Positions 52,014-64,000 of a DNA stretch of 64,000 nt are shown piece by piece. The stretch spans positions 379,834-443,833 of the forward strand of contig MU004189.1 in the NCBI GenBank assembly GCA_010093605.1. The letters run 5' to 3'. The stretch is from Lophium mytilinum. Taxonomy: Eukaryota. A program made the position numbers and the translations under genes. Each line of letters begins with the position of its first letter. Positions within the stretch are counted from its first letter, which is position 1. Under the pieces are notes generated by a model. That model searched no databases. It was not told where the DNA came from and saw only the letters and a list, made by a program, of their open reading frames with translations.

Positions 52014-54249
52014 CTACTGCCCGCCCATCCTCTCCGCCGTCGCCATCAAGCTGCCAATAAACGTCGTAATAAGCCTACTCTGCACCGCCACAATATCCTC
52101 CGGCACCAGCCAGATCGTAGCGCCCATCTTCCGGGCGATGCTAATCGCCAGCTTGGCGTTCTGATACGCCTCCTCCTCGGTCTTGCCGGCCAGCACGAGG
52201 TCGTAGTCGACGTAGGCGCTCTTCATGCCGTTCAGCACGTCGAGCAGCGGCACCGCCGTGCTGAGGCTGCTGTCCTTGAACGAGCGGATCGCGCTCGTGC
52301 GGCCCCCCTTCTTGACCATGTCGTTCGCCCAGCGGATCATGTCGCTGTCCGAGATGTCGCGCTTGCCCATGCGCTGCGCGAGCGACGAGAGGGTCGAGAC
52401 GATGTCGCGCCGCATGAGTTGCCATACCAGGCCTAGGGTCAGGGTGCGCTGGCCGTCGGTGATGTCGGCGCCCTGCATGCCGGGCAGTGAGAAGGAATTC
52501 GCTTTGCCGAGCTCCACGGCGTAGTTGGTGTTCTCGAGCGCTTTGAAGCGCATGATTTCGCCGCCGTTGGCTGGCGGCTTGTTCACGTGGCGCCAGTTTA
52601 CGGAGCCGGGGATCACTTTGTCGTAGGCTTGCAGGAGGACGATGCCGGACTTTAGGTCTTCGAAGAAGGATTGGACGACCGGTGAGACGTCGAGGGAGTT
52701 GAGCCATAGGGTGAAGACACGAGCTTCGCGCTCGCCCTCGGCATCGAAGTCGTCGATGTCGGCCTTTTCTTCTTCGGTGATCGGTTCGAGACCAGGGTGG
52801 TTATTGAAGAGATTGGCTACGAAGGCAAGATTCAGTTTTGGGTTGCCGGCAACGAGAGAGCTGGGGGTTAGGAATTTGCGGCAGTCGAGGCGGTCTGCAT
52901 TGTCGAGGACTTGCTCGGCGCGTTGGTGGAGATCTTGCGTTTGGAGAGGTGCGCGAGAGCAGATGTCTGGCTTTAGTTGATTGAGGAGCACCGTGTAGTT
53001 TTCGCCGTCCTTGACATCGGAAGAGAAGTTTTTGACGCTGTATGAAAGTCAATACTCGTCTTTCGTACGCCTACTTTTCAGTATATCAAAACTCACGTGC
53101 GGCCCCATTTGGCGTTCTTCAGATGGTAGTTGAACCACCTCAGCAGAATCTGTTCTGGTGGTAGACGGAGGAACTGTTCTAGAGTCTCGCCATCCTCTAG
53201 CAACCTGTAAAGCTCAGGATGTAGCTTTATGTCAATCTTGCCTAGCAAACCTCTGCGAATAATCTGCCAGATCATTCCCAGAATCAGATGCTCGCGGACC
53301 TCAATGATATCTCCGCTACCAATGTTAACAACGGAGCATCCTATACCCTTGCAAGACTCGATAACAATGTTGTTGTTCTCGGTCATGTGGAATGCATTCA
53401 ATGTCTTGATCTTCCGGCCAGGCCTGTTCAACACACGCTCGTCAATGGTATCCGGTACGCTGTCGTTGATGAGCTTCGCCAGCACGAGACCGTCCTTGCA
53501 CTCGTCGAACATCTCAAATGTATCGGTCGGGAAAGGCAGACGGTCGCCAATGTCCGGATCGCCTGCGAGCACGGCATTGATGTGGCGTGTGAACTCGGTA
53601 CGCTCGTCCTCGTTAATCGTGTGAGTGACGTTCGCCGATGAGCCCTGGACTTGTATCCGTCCACCGCCATGGCTGCCCTTTGAAGCGTGTCCAGATTGAG
53701 GAGTAGTGGTGGTGGCTGCGCTGCTGATGCCTCGCGGTCTTTGCGGTCCTGTGGACATGCGCTGTTGCGCTGGAGAGGATCCTCGCACTTTCGAGATGAG
53801 CTGACAATTATTAGTTTGAATGCTCTCACAGAAAGAACCCCAGGACATTATATCCCTCCTCTCCCAATCTGAACGCAATTCCTACACCGGAGAAAAGGCC
53901 ACGGAATCCAACGGAAGTCTTACATCGACATAGTCCTCCAGCTCGACTCTCCGCGAGCTGTCCAGCTCCACCTCTTTCAGCGCCTGGCGCACGACATCGT
54001 ACGGCTGGTGTTCAGACGACTGTGTCGCCTTGATGACCGTCGCCTCGTCTATGTAGCCCTTGTCGTCGACGTCGAGCCTGCGGAAGGATTCTTGCAGCCC
54101 GAAGATTTCAGATTGCTGGAACTGAGGGTATTTCCTGCGCACAGCATCCGCAAGAATTAGCCACGTATTCACACTGAGGATTTTCAGCGTCGGCGAGGAT
54201 AGTCAAAGGCCATGCGCGCATCTCACCTCTGGATCTTGATGATATTCAT
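52014..54249 (-). CDS. SAC6: Fimbrin (actin-bundling protein; EF-hand-like region + 4 CH domains), 4 exons
   Basis: HTINEDERTEFTRHIN, LINDSVPDTIDERVLN, LPPEQILLRWFNYHL, GNPKLNLAFVANLFN, EGEREARVFTLWLNSL, AISIARKMGA. Confidence 0.98.
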
Positions 54250-55752
54250 GTTGAGTAGCGGGGGTCTATCGCGCGGGGTGCAGGACCGGCGGTTGCGGGT
54301 GGTGTGGATTGTGGTCAACCCGGCCGGGCTCTGGGGTAATGTATACTGGTCTGCGGAGTAATGTTTGTCGGTGCCTGGTTCGTGTTGCGGCTCAGCCTCG
54401 TTGACATGCGCGGTTCAAAGGGTCCGTCGAAGCCTTTTGCGAGTCTGATGACGCTGCCTCTTGGCGCTGCGTTGCGCAGGTCGCTCTTTCGCTTGCGTTG
54501 CCACAATGTGTGGCTTGAAAGCCTTCACCGTCTTTACTCCCACAACTCGAACCTCATGATTCGCCAACGACAAGGTCACAATTGCACGTTAGGAGCCGCT
54601 GTTGGGGGTGTCTCGGCTGGTCGAAGCATAGTGCAAGAAGATAAAGTTAGGGGCTAGATCTTGGGCGCGTAGTGATAATCATGAATTGGGAGCTCGAAAC
54701 CGGTCTTATTGTTGCAAGGTCTTGTGCATGGGTCCACAATTAGGCGTGGTATTCTACACAGCTGGGAGGTGGGCGCAAGCGTCGGGGGTGCCTTGATAGG
54801 GCACCCATGGTGGCAAGTCAATAGGTCAATATAGTCAATCTAGAGGGTCACAGCATCACAGTGTCAAAAACCATGCATATTCCCAGCGTTCAGAAAAAGG
54901 AAGCAGCTTTTGATATCCTCATTATCATCCATCGAACACCCCCAATCCCTCCGTGTCCTTCCCAGCCCCCGTGACCTGAATACCCCATCCGTTCCCCCCC
55001 AAGGAGGGACCGCGGATATAAGAAAAGAAGTGGAAGGTGGAGTGTCGAGTTCGGTGGGAGCAAGCAATTAACGTCCATTTGTCGTTGATGTACCGGCCGT
55101 GCGAGCGTGCATAATCGCCAAAGAAGCCCAAATCCATCCATAATTTCGTGAAGAAAAGTAACAAAAAGAACAATAGAACAAGTTGTTGGATTGGTAGAAA
55201 GTACAGAATCGTCACCCGCAACACGCACACAACGGGCATGTATATGGCAGGGAGTCGTTTGGATCGTGAAGACAGACAAAATCGGTGCCGCCGCGTCTCT
55301 CGTTTTGACAAAACCACACTAAAAGTAGTGGGTTCGCTCCGCAAGAAAAGTCGTTATAGTTCGTGATAATGCTCCGAAGTTTAGGTAAGAAGAAACACAG
55401 AAGATGGAAAGGAAGCGTTGGGTGACACAAGGAGAAGTAAGGGTTTCGGATTCGAGCCCAGTGTCGTCTCGTCGGAGGGAGCGTGTGCGGTTCGGTTGGT
55501 GTCTGGCGGAAAGCGCAATCGTAAAGGTAAAAAAACCTTCTTTGTTGGAAAGAGTAACACAAGGAAAAGCGGCTATGCAGGTTCATGTCGTGACTAAACA
55601 AGTCCTCGTGGCGGAAGGCAAACAACCAGTCGCTGGAAAAACGCCTGATGGGATGGCCGTAAGTCACCAGACCCGGACAAGGCAAACCCTCCGTCTATTG
55701 CAAACATTCGAAGAAGCGGCCACCCAGTCATATTAGTGATATTCTGCAAGCT

Positions 55753-57875
55753 TTACCTCCGCCCGCCGGCCCGCTGGGTGATGGCCGGTCGGGTTCGTTG
55801 GAGGCCGTTGCGGTCGCGATCGAAAGCGCTACCCACAGGTCCGCCCACGCTGCCTTCGCGAATCGTTTTTCGGCGTTTGAGGCCTTCAATGTCCTCGCCT
55901 CCTCGACTGCTTGGACGGCCGTACGAGTCCTGCTCATCCTCGTCGTCTCGGCCACGCTTATTCGACGAGACACCATTCGTGGCATAAGCCTGGTTGGCGT
56001 ACGCGGGAACAGCAGCAGGCGCCTGATAAGCATCTGCGGCCGAATTGCCGTTCGTAGCGCTACCTCGGGTATCACTCATGACACTGTAGAGGTTAGACGA
56101 TGGTGGTTGTTGGGCACGCTGCGGGGTAGTGTAGCCCGACGTCCATTGAGGCTGATTCGTAGCTGTCGTTCGTGGCGTAGCTCGTCCAGACCCATTCTGG
56201 TGTGGAGACCCGGTCATCTCCGGAGATAAATGTGCGTGTTCTCCATGCAGCGATCCGGAAGGTGCGCTGGGATTGTAAGAATAGGCACCTCGGCTGCCGT
56301 TATAAGATGCACTGGTGTGGGTATATTCGTTGTCGTTTTCGTGGTCAGCTTCATCGTCTCCGGGGCCATGGGCCACCGGTTCAGGACCTTGACCCATCAT
56401 GCCGTCCGGCGGCTTGCTATCTACCTGCTGGTCAACTTCACCAGCTCTTGAAGGAGGAGCCATTTCGCTCTTCGGATATGCGCTGGGTTGAAGCGGTTGG
56501 CCGTAGCGCATCATGTGAGGCTGGGTATTGTACTGCGTCGACTGGGCAGGAGGCGCCGAGTACATTGGCCGGGAGCTGTCGTATCCCTGGCCGGGCGGGT
56601 ACGATTGCATCCCTTGGGGGAGAGAACCCGGCGGGGTTGACGCGGGAGTTGTTGGTACAGAGCGTGTGTTACTTAGTCCGGTATCTATGTTGAGGGGTTG
56701 ACTTCCAGGCATTGGCTGGACATTCGACTGGCTCCACTCGTACGAGCTGCCCTGATTGCCCATGCTGCCCATTATACTAGACGCGCTGGTGGGGGGAGTT
56801 GGAAACGTATGAGCCCTATCCAGGCCTGGTCGTGGAGCCGAGGGATGTGGCTGTATAGCGTGTGGAGGTTGCGGCATATGGCCCCCGATGGGGTTGCTCA
56901 TAGAATGATGGTGATGCAGCGACGGCGGCTGGGAGCTCGCCTGGGCGCCGAGGAAGCGCTGTTGGGAAGGATCAGCTCTGCGACTCCGATCCGCTGCCAT
57001 GGCACTAACACCTGCTCCAACACCAGCACGTGGCTGATTTGTTGGGTGGTACAAAAGCGCACCAATATCATGAACAAATAGAGGATACAGTTGCTCTGTT
57101 ATCTTCTCCTTATTCGCAAAGTCCAACGCTCGCTCGAAAGGAATCCTGAATATATCAGTACCAGGTTCAGCGTCATTAATGGGAATAAACGTACCAGACT
57201 CCCTTGAGGTGCATTGGGCCGATCTTGACAACGTGTCGTGTCTTTTCGCTTTTGAGAATGCCATCTCTACGGCCTCTGGTCATGCCCGCAACGTTAAGTA
57301 GCTTGGTGCCGTTGATCATGTGGTTGTCTGCACATTATCAGCCAAGGATAGATAAGATGAAAAGTTGGGTTTCATACCTTCTCGGCGAGCAACGCAAACA
57401 CCCTTGGCCTCGACTTGAAAGCAGAGACTGCCCTCGTCTTCCCACAATGTTGCGGTAACACGAGGTTTCATGCCAGGCGGTGCAACTTGACCGCTGGTAT
57501 CAAAGGTATGAGACTGATAGTTCTGCGAGCCTGAAAGCGAAGAAGCGGGTGCTCCAGATGTCATGGCTGTTTTGTCAGCAAATTCTGCTCCGTCGAATTT
57601 GAGATGCACTAACCTGGGAGGGGGAGAGCAGCTTGACCCATTGAATTGCCCATCGATGAAGATGCAGGAAGCTGTGATGGGACGCCATATCCTTGGCCGT
57701 ACGGTGGATATCCACCGGGCCCAGACGCATATTGAGGTCCTGGTTGTAATATCGGCGGTTGTGTCTGATACGAGTAGTGCGAAAGTCCGGCAGGAGCGCC
57801 TGAGGACGGCGCGTGTGCTGTAGCGGCCGACATGTGAGATGGATGCACCTCTCCATAGGGCTGCATCTGGTTCAT
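55753..57875 (-). CDS. stuA: APSES transcription factor StuA/Asm-1 (AUG-initiated form), 4 exons
   Basis: [30 protein letters not shown] / [43 protein letters not shown] / [39 protein letters not shown]; start MNQMQPY resembles A. nidulans StuA. Confidence 0.97.
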
Positions 57876-59450
57876 GCTGCTGTAGTTCTCGGCGTTGTAC
57901 CCGTAATCTTGCTGAGAACCGTAAGGAGACTCTTGCTGCGACTGCACATTCAACGGGTGTCCTTCACGACTCAGCGCCTGGGGAGTCTGTTCGGGCGAAG
58001 GCGTCTTGAAACCGCCTGCGTGGCCGTTGACCGACGAAGAATAAGACGTATTCGAGCTCGCACTGCCGTTGAGGACAGATGACGCGCTGAAGGAACCACC
58101 CCGAGGCGAGGAGGAATTCGAGGACGTGCTCGCGTGCGCCTGGATCTGGGACAAAGCAGGCAATCGCTCCGTCGGGACAGACGGTCGTGGCGCGTATTGG
58201 GGGTTATACCACGATGCGGCGTCTGCGGGGCCTCGGGAGTGGACCGACGTTATCGATGGCAGCTCCAGCTTTTCGGTGTTGGAGGGGTGCGGGCGATGGT
58301 TCGCTGCAGCACTCGCTTCAAATCGTCCACGCGGGAGAGCCTCGAGTCAACGCACCAGATTGCCGAGCTGAGAAGCGGAAACAGGCAGTGGACGCTCTGC
58401 GGCGGGGATTGCAGAATCGGTGCAAGTTGCCGGCGGATGAGACTGGATGGTGTTATAGTTTGATGCGACTCCAGCGATAAGGCGGAGTAGGCGGCGGCGG
58501 CAGATACGGGAGAGACGATTGTTTGCTAGGAATGAAACCTGGGGACCAGTCCGAAGCCAGCGATGCCTGTCAAACACGTGGGCAAACAGGTCTCAGCGGT
58601 CGCGCAGACGTCGAAAAACAGAAGCGCGAATATATTCAGTGCGCTCTCGACCTGTGAGGATTTCCGGGGGAGTACTTGGCAGTGCAGCGAGGTAGCACCA
58701 AGGTGGTGAAACAGGACCGAGGAATTTCGCAGATCCGGATGCCAGGAATGCAGCACCGCGCCTTTCACACAGGGTCTTCAGAACAGGAACGCTGAAATGC
58801 TAAAAGACAAAGAGTACGTCGTTAGGTCGTCGCGGTCGTGAGGACTAGCTTTCAAAAATGCTTTTGGCGGACGGTCAATGCACGCTATGAGATGGAACGA
58901 CGGCGGCCAGCCTAGGGACGAAGATGCTGAGATAGTGTGCTGCTGCAGCCACCGAGCTCATTGGACGGGCACGAGACGGTCTGGCTGGTCGTAGCGGGTC
59001 GTAAAGTCGTCGCGCACCTGGTGTGGTGGCGGGCCGGGCGGTTCGTGATTGCTCGCGGGCGGTGGAGAGGAACTGGTAGCACGGGTTAGCAGAGCGGACG
59101 CATTGAGGTCGACGGGAACGCGCACCCTCGACGAGTATGGAGTGGTGGGAGGAGGTGGAGCGCGAGAGAGGGCGCAAAAGCAGTGGGGAGGGCGGAGGTT
59201 TAGAAGCCGGAGGAGGTTGGGATGGGACTTGATGCTAGCGCCGCGCGAGCCAACCAGGCCAGCAGAGATAGGCGAGCACGGGAAACGCAATGGCAAGGCG
59301 CGGAAAAGAAACAACGGACGACACTCACGCTGGTCGAACAGGACGAACTGACACTCACGGGACCACAGCCTTGGGGAGCTCAACGACAGAGGGCGAGGCT
59401 GCTGAGGTGCTGGCTGCTGAGGCTGCTTGAAGCTGCTGCTCTCGTGCTGG
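57876..59450 (-). promoter_or_regulatory. Long spliced 5' leader of stuA with two predicted introns (59358-59073, 59017-58800); upstream limit uncertain
   Basis: GTGAGT...GCTAAC...CAG and GTGCGC...CCTAAC...TAG splice signals; no sense ATG between 57950 and 58958. Confidence 0.6.
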
Positions 59451-62400
59451 GACTGGACTGGGGAAAGTGAGAGGATGCAGCCGCGGATTCTGTGCAGAGC
59501 TCACGCACAGCGGGCAGGCGGGCAGGCAGAGGCTAGGGCTGGCTGCGGAGCACACGCCTCGAAGCGGCCTGTGTTGGATGGGTGGATGGGGGCGCACTTC
59601 ACGATGCTCAGATGCTGCTGGCTGCTGCTGCTCCGGCTGCTGCGTGGCGGGCCGGCACGAGTCTCGCAGGACACGGCGGGCTTGTCGGCGATGAGGTCCA
59701 CTTGTTGCAGCTGTTGCAGCGGGAGCGTGGGTGTGGTCGTGGATTGGAGGTGCAGGCCCAGCTGTACCTAAAAGGCGGGTGGAGATCTCTGGGGCGCTGC
59801 TGCTCGCCCTCTGCCCAGCGCAGACAATCTAAAGAGAATTGGGCGTGTGGGGCGGCATGGATGCGTGTGGCGGGCGCACGCACAAGTCCCGTGTGAAGGG
59901 CCGTTTCGAAAGCTCAGAAAGTCGCTCTGAAGACGACACCCCAGGACATCCAGCACTCCCCCCGGCGAATCGCGAACCACTCTGGCGCTGCACGCAAGCG
60001 AGGGTCTCCCAGCTCCCAGCCACCCCAGACGACCCGACGTTTGCTCCACGCTCGTGATGCGCACGCCCCCAGCGCACACAGGCGCCCGCACGCAAGGGCA
60101 GCCGCCGCTATTCCAGGCCTCCGCTGCTGCGTGGCGAGAGGGTGTTGCGGCATTCCGCCAGCCCACGGCTTGGACGTCGACGTCGTCCATCGCCCACCAG
60201 ATATCAACGCAGCCGCCGGCCCTCCCCCAGCCAAGCCAGCCTCTCGACGGCCAGGCGAACGAACCCAGCCCGGCGGCAGCAGCCCACAAGCCCGGGGTGC
60301 CGATAGGAAGAAGACGGCTGAATGGGCAGGCCAGTGGCAGGCGGCGGAGATATTCGACAGCAGCAGAACGCGCTTAGCGGTGCCGTGGGTGCTGATAGCG
60401 ACCCGTTTCGGGCCTGTCGTCTTGCCTTATTCAGCACGACCGGTGCGGAGAGGGCAGAATCGCAACAGGACAGCGACGGGCAGGGTGGGACGTGTTCCGA
60501 GCGGCCCTGCGATCGGGAGGCTGCGCGAGCCCATGCCAGCCCTTGTCCGAAACGGCGGCCCTTGTCCATCGTCTTCTGGGCCAGCGACTGTGCAGCGGGG
60601 AGCAGCCGGTGGCCTCAACGCCGGCAAACGCGTGATGATTTGCGCTGCACCGCTGCGAGTCAAACCGCGCCAGGGAAAAGCAAAAGTGCTTCTTCCACCC
60701 TGCCTTGGAACCCCCCGCGCCGGGGCCACCTCGACGTCCATCAACACTCACTCACCAGAGCGCTTCAGGCAGGCCGACCAAGGCAGGCAGCTGGAGGCGG
60801 CCCCGGTTCCAGCGTCCAGACAGGCTAAAGGGCCGCCGCCCCGATCCAACAACGACAACGCAGGACGCTGGGATCGCGACGACGAACGGGATGCGCGGAC
60901 GGCAGGCCGTGCAGGGAGCGGCCGCGGAGCATCTCTCTCATTCGCTGACGAGGGAGTCCGAGGGCTTGGGGGCAAGCACTGGACCCAGCCCCCGCCGGGA
61001 TGGTGGAGTTGAGGGCAGAGCAGCCCTTGATCGTCGCCGTGGCTCGCCGTCAGCCAACGGAGGGCGTCCGCCAGCGGTCTCCCGAGGCGGCTGGGACGAG
61101 GCCGTGGGAGGCTGGTGCGACGTGGAGACTCGAGAGCAGACGGGGAGCGGGTGCGACTTGCTTGTCAGCGTTGCGAGCAGATGATACGGCTTCGTGGAGG
61201 CCTCCAGCGAGTCCTCAGGCGCCGCGACTCCACCTCGGCTGGGCCGCCAATTGCACTGGCATGGATCCAGCGACGACGTGCTTGCCAAACGTGCCGACTG
61301 TACCACGGGCATGGAGTTGGACGTGGGCGCCCGCGCGGCGTGGTTGGCTCGTCGTCTTGCGGTGTGAGCGATGTGCTGGCGGCGCTAGGCCCGATGCGGC
61401 ACCCGTCCTTCACTGTCACGCCGCTGAGGTCAAGCCGGTCGCTCAACACCTTCTTGCGAATCGACGGCGGGCCTCTCGACATTCGATTGTCGTCGGCCAG
61501 GCCACAACCACCGCCCCGGGTCCTGGACGGCTGGAGACACAAGCCGCGAGGCCTGCGCAGCTGAAACCGCCCTGCGAGTACGAGCCTCGTTTTCTGTCAC
61601 CGCTCAGCGCGCAGGTCACGGCGCGCATCACGGGTTTTCCACGGGGTGGAGCTGTTGGCGTCCCTCCACATGCGAACCGCCCATCCTTTTGCCCAGCCAC
61701 AGCGGCCGGCTGCCTCTGTGTGCGTGCTGCGGGGACCGCTTCGCGCGCCAAACCACGTTCGCATCCATGATGGTTCGATCCCGCTAGCCGCGCAGCCTGG
61801 CGACTTGTTTCGACGTCGTTGCTGCCCTCACGCTGCTGCTGGGAGTGATGCTCGGCCCCGTGAGACGTGGCCACAAAGCCACGGCCGGTGGACAATGGGC
61901 ATTCTCTCTCGTGGTGCCACGGGCGTCGAGGGAGGGTAGACAATCCCCTCACAATCCCCTCAGCGCACGTAATCGAGCATGGGAGCGCGGCCTTGCTCGT
62001 CGGGCCAAGTCGCACAGGAGGCTGTCGGTGCGAGCTGTGGCGTCTGGCCCTTCGGCGGTTGCACTGAGGATTTCCCAGGCTGCAAGGGGAGTTGCACAAC
62101 GCCCTCGTGGACTGGAGGAATGCAAAAATAAAGGTGCATTGCACATCCGGCGCGAGAGGGACGGCGGGCTGGTTTGGCGAACCGGCGCCGTCGCCAGCGC
62201 TGCTGACCACCCTCGCCGTCGAGATAGGCAGGTTGTTAGGAAGGCCTCGCGCACTGTCACCTATTCCAGGCTCAGACATTCTCCCGTCAGCCAGCAGCGC
62301 CTCAATTGCCAGGCAGAGATTGTCGCAATCCGGCGATATGATGCCGTCGTATTAGCTCGCATCCAGGCGCGGGTGAGGATTCGAGCAATCTGGGGAACGA

Positions 62401-64000
62401 CTCCCGGATGACCTGACATCGGAGCCACTTCAGATTCAGGCGGTGGCGTCCAATGGCCGAGCGGCGGATTCTGCCTCTGCAACGAGACGTCAGGCTGGCA
62501 ACGGCAGACTCGGAGCAGTTGTCAGCGTTCGGCGCTCATTGGACGGCATGCTCGAAGCGTCCCGAATGAGCACTCGGGACAGCCCTCGGGATAGGTCGTT
62601 GGGCACGCCTTGCGGGCAATTCGCGGGCAAGTCGTAGCGGATGACGGTCGACGAGTGGCTGTCGGTACTCTGCGGAGATGGCGTGGAGATGGGACAATCT
62701 GCGACTTGGCCTCTTGCACGACGAGTGGCGGCTGGAAAACGAAGGGCTGTGGTGGTGGTGATGCTGATCGCGGTTCTCGAAGTGCGGCCTGGGGCTTCTG
62801 GCTCTCAGCGATCAGCTGCACCCCAAGGTCCGCTGGGGCTGGGGGGTCCCACGTCGCAGAGGCTTTCAGCGGCGGACATGGTTCCTGCAGCTGGAGAGCG
62901 ACGGCGGCGGGATCGAGGTTGCGGCTTGGACGAAGAGGGCGGAGTGGTTGGCTGTGTTTTGCCTGCACCTACCCGCGCTGCATATGCGTGTGATTTCAGG
63001 CCAATGATCCCTGCGCGCGCGGCCATTCCCGGGATGCGTCAAATTCGCTTGGTGGAGCTGCACCAGCGTTGCGAGATCAGTGCCACGGTGGGATTGTTGG
63101 TGTTGAGTTTTGCTGTTGGCTGTGCTGCGCTCAACCTCATCTCGCCCTTCTCCTGCTCTTACCACCTCGCTCTCCACCACGCTCTGCTCCTCAGCCAGCC
63201 AGCAGCCGAAGGGATTTGGAGAGCAGAGGGCCGGTCCAATCAGGGCCGGCCACGTCTTGCCCAGCATCACCGTTATCGGGGGCGCGGGCAGGCAAGCCAC
63301 GGTGGGCTTCTGGCGTTTGTAGGGCGACACAAACCACTCCTTGCAGTCCGGGAAGAGTCCGTCCATAGGCTCCGCATGCCACCGGGTTCGAGCGCTGCTG
63401 CCGACCACCAGCCGCCCGTGTGTCTCCCTCCATTTTCTAGCGCCGAAGATGCCAAAGACCTCACCTCTCCACACCTCTGTCCACACCACACCACCGAGAA
63501 CATGCGAGCCGCTGATCCTCCCGTTTTGCCGCCATCTTCTTGAACCGAACCTCCCCGTTCTCACCGCTGTTCTAGTCCTGCCCGAGAAACCCATCTTCCC
63601 AGTCTTCCCCTTCCCTTCCGTCCCCTCCCCGTCCTCGCAAGATGCCCGGCCTAGCAATCCATTCCCCCCAGCACGCTCTCTACCCCGCCCGGGTCCCGAC
63701 ACGGCGAATTTGGGGGCCACAGGGTGCGCCGCTCCGTCCCAGGGCCGTCGAGGGCCCACGGCCTGTACATGGCTCACTAAATGCTGAAACAAGCCGGTGA
63801 TTGCTCATGTGCAAGACTCGCTAACGGCGTGCCGTCGTCTGACGCCAGCTGGTCTCGAAGAATAAACGTTGAGAGCAAAAGAGCCGCGTCCTTCGCTTGC
63901 CATGACCCGCATGCGCGGCACGACATACATACCTGCATCCGTCGCCAGTCTGCATCATGTGCCGTCGCCCTCTCACAGGGTTCTACTGCAGCAGCGAGAC
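59450..64000. promoter_or_regulatory. Extended GC-rich gene-free upstream region of stuA
   Basis: No recognisable protein in any frame over >4.5 kb; large upstream regions are typical of fungal developmental regulators. Confidence 0.55.

Noticed and set aside
58347..58577. Upstream ORF in frame with the StuA extension, separated by TGA-C (possible readthrough)
   Set aside because: No AUG, translation not protein-like and only a weak readthrough context; no support without comparative data.
59400..64000. Many overlapping 100-320 aa ORFs in all six frames
   Set aside because: R/A/G/P-rich translations with no motifs, expected in stop-poor GC-rich non-coding DNA.

Overview
Eukaryotic, intron-containing genomic DNA from a filamentous ascomycete (Pezizomycotina; Dothideomycetes is a plausible but unverified guess). 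A conserved core of genes (TPT/nucleotide-sugar transporter, RPN6, F-box-like protein, FCP1, ATG26, PEP4, PMR1, fimbrin SAC6, APSES factor StuA) is interrupted by accessory segments. The first (~1-17 kb) holds a 230-bp tandem duplication, a Vps62-like gene, two SDR/epimerase-fold genes (one apparently catalytically dead), a possible NACHT relic and a HET-domain gene. The second (~33-40.5 kb) holds a charged-helix protein and a head-to-head pair of an atypical HSPA12-like Hsp70 and a long coiled-coil partner. The third (~50-52 kb) holds an orphan ORF and a degenerate 179-bp tandem array. The most interesting signals are the Hsp70-like/coiled-coil gene pair, an AUG-free spliced leader with a 157-codon in-frame extension and an ATGA-overlapping uORF on stuA, and a candidate structured ncRNA near 47 kb. 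All product calls rest on motif recognition by eye, with no database searches; exon boundaries are manual predictions.
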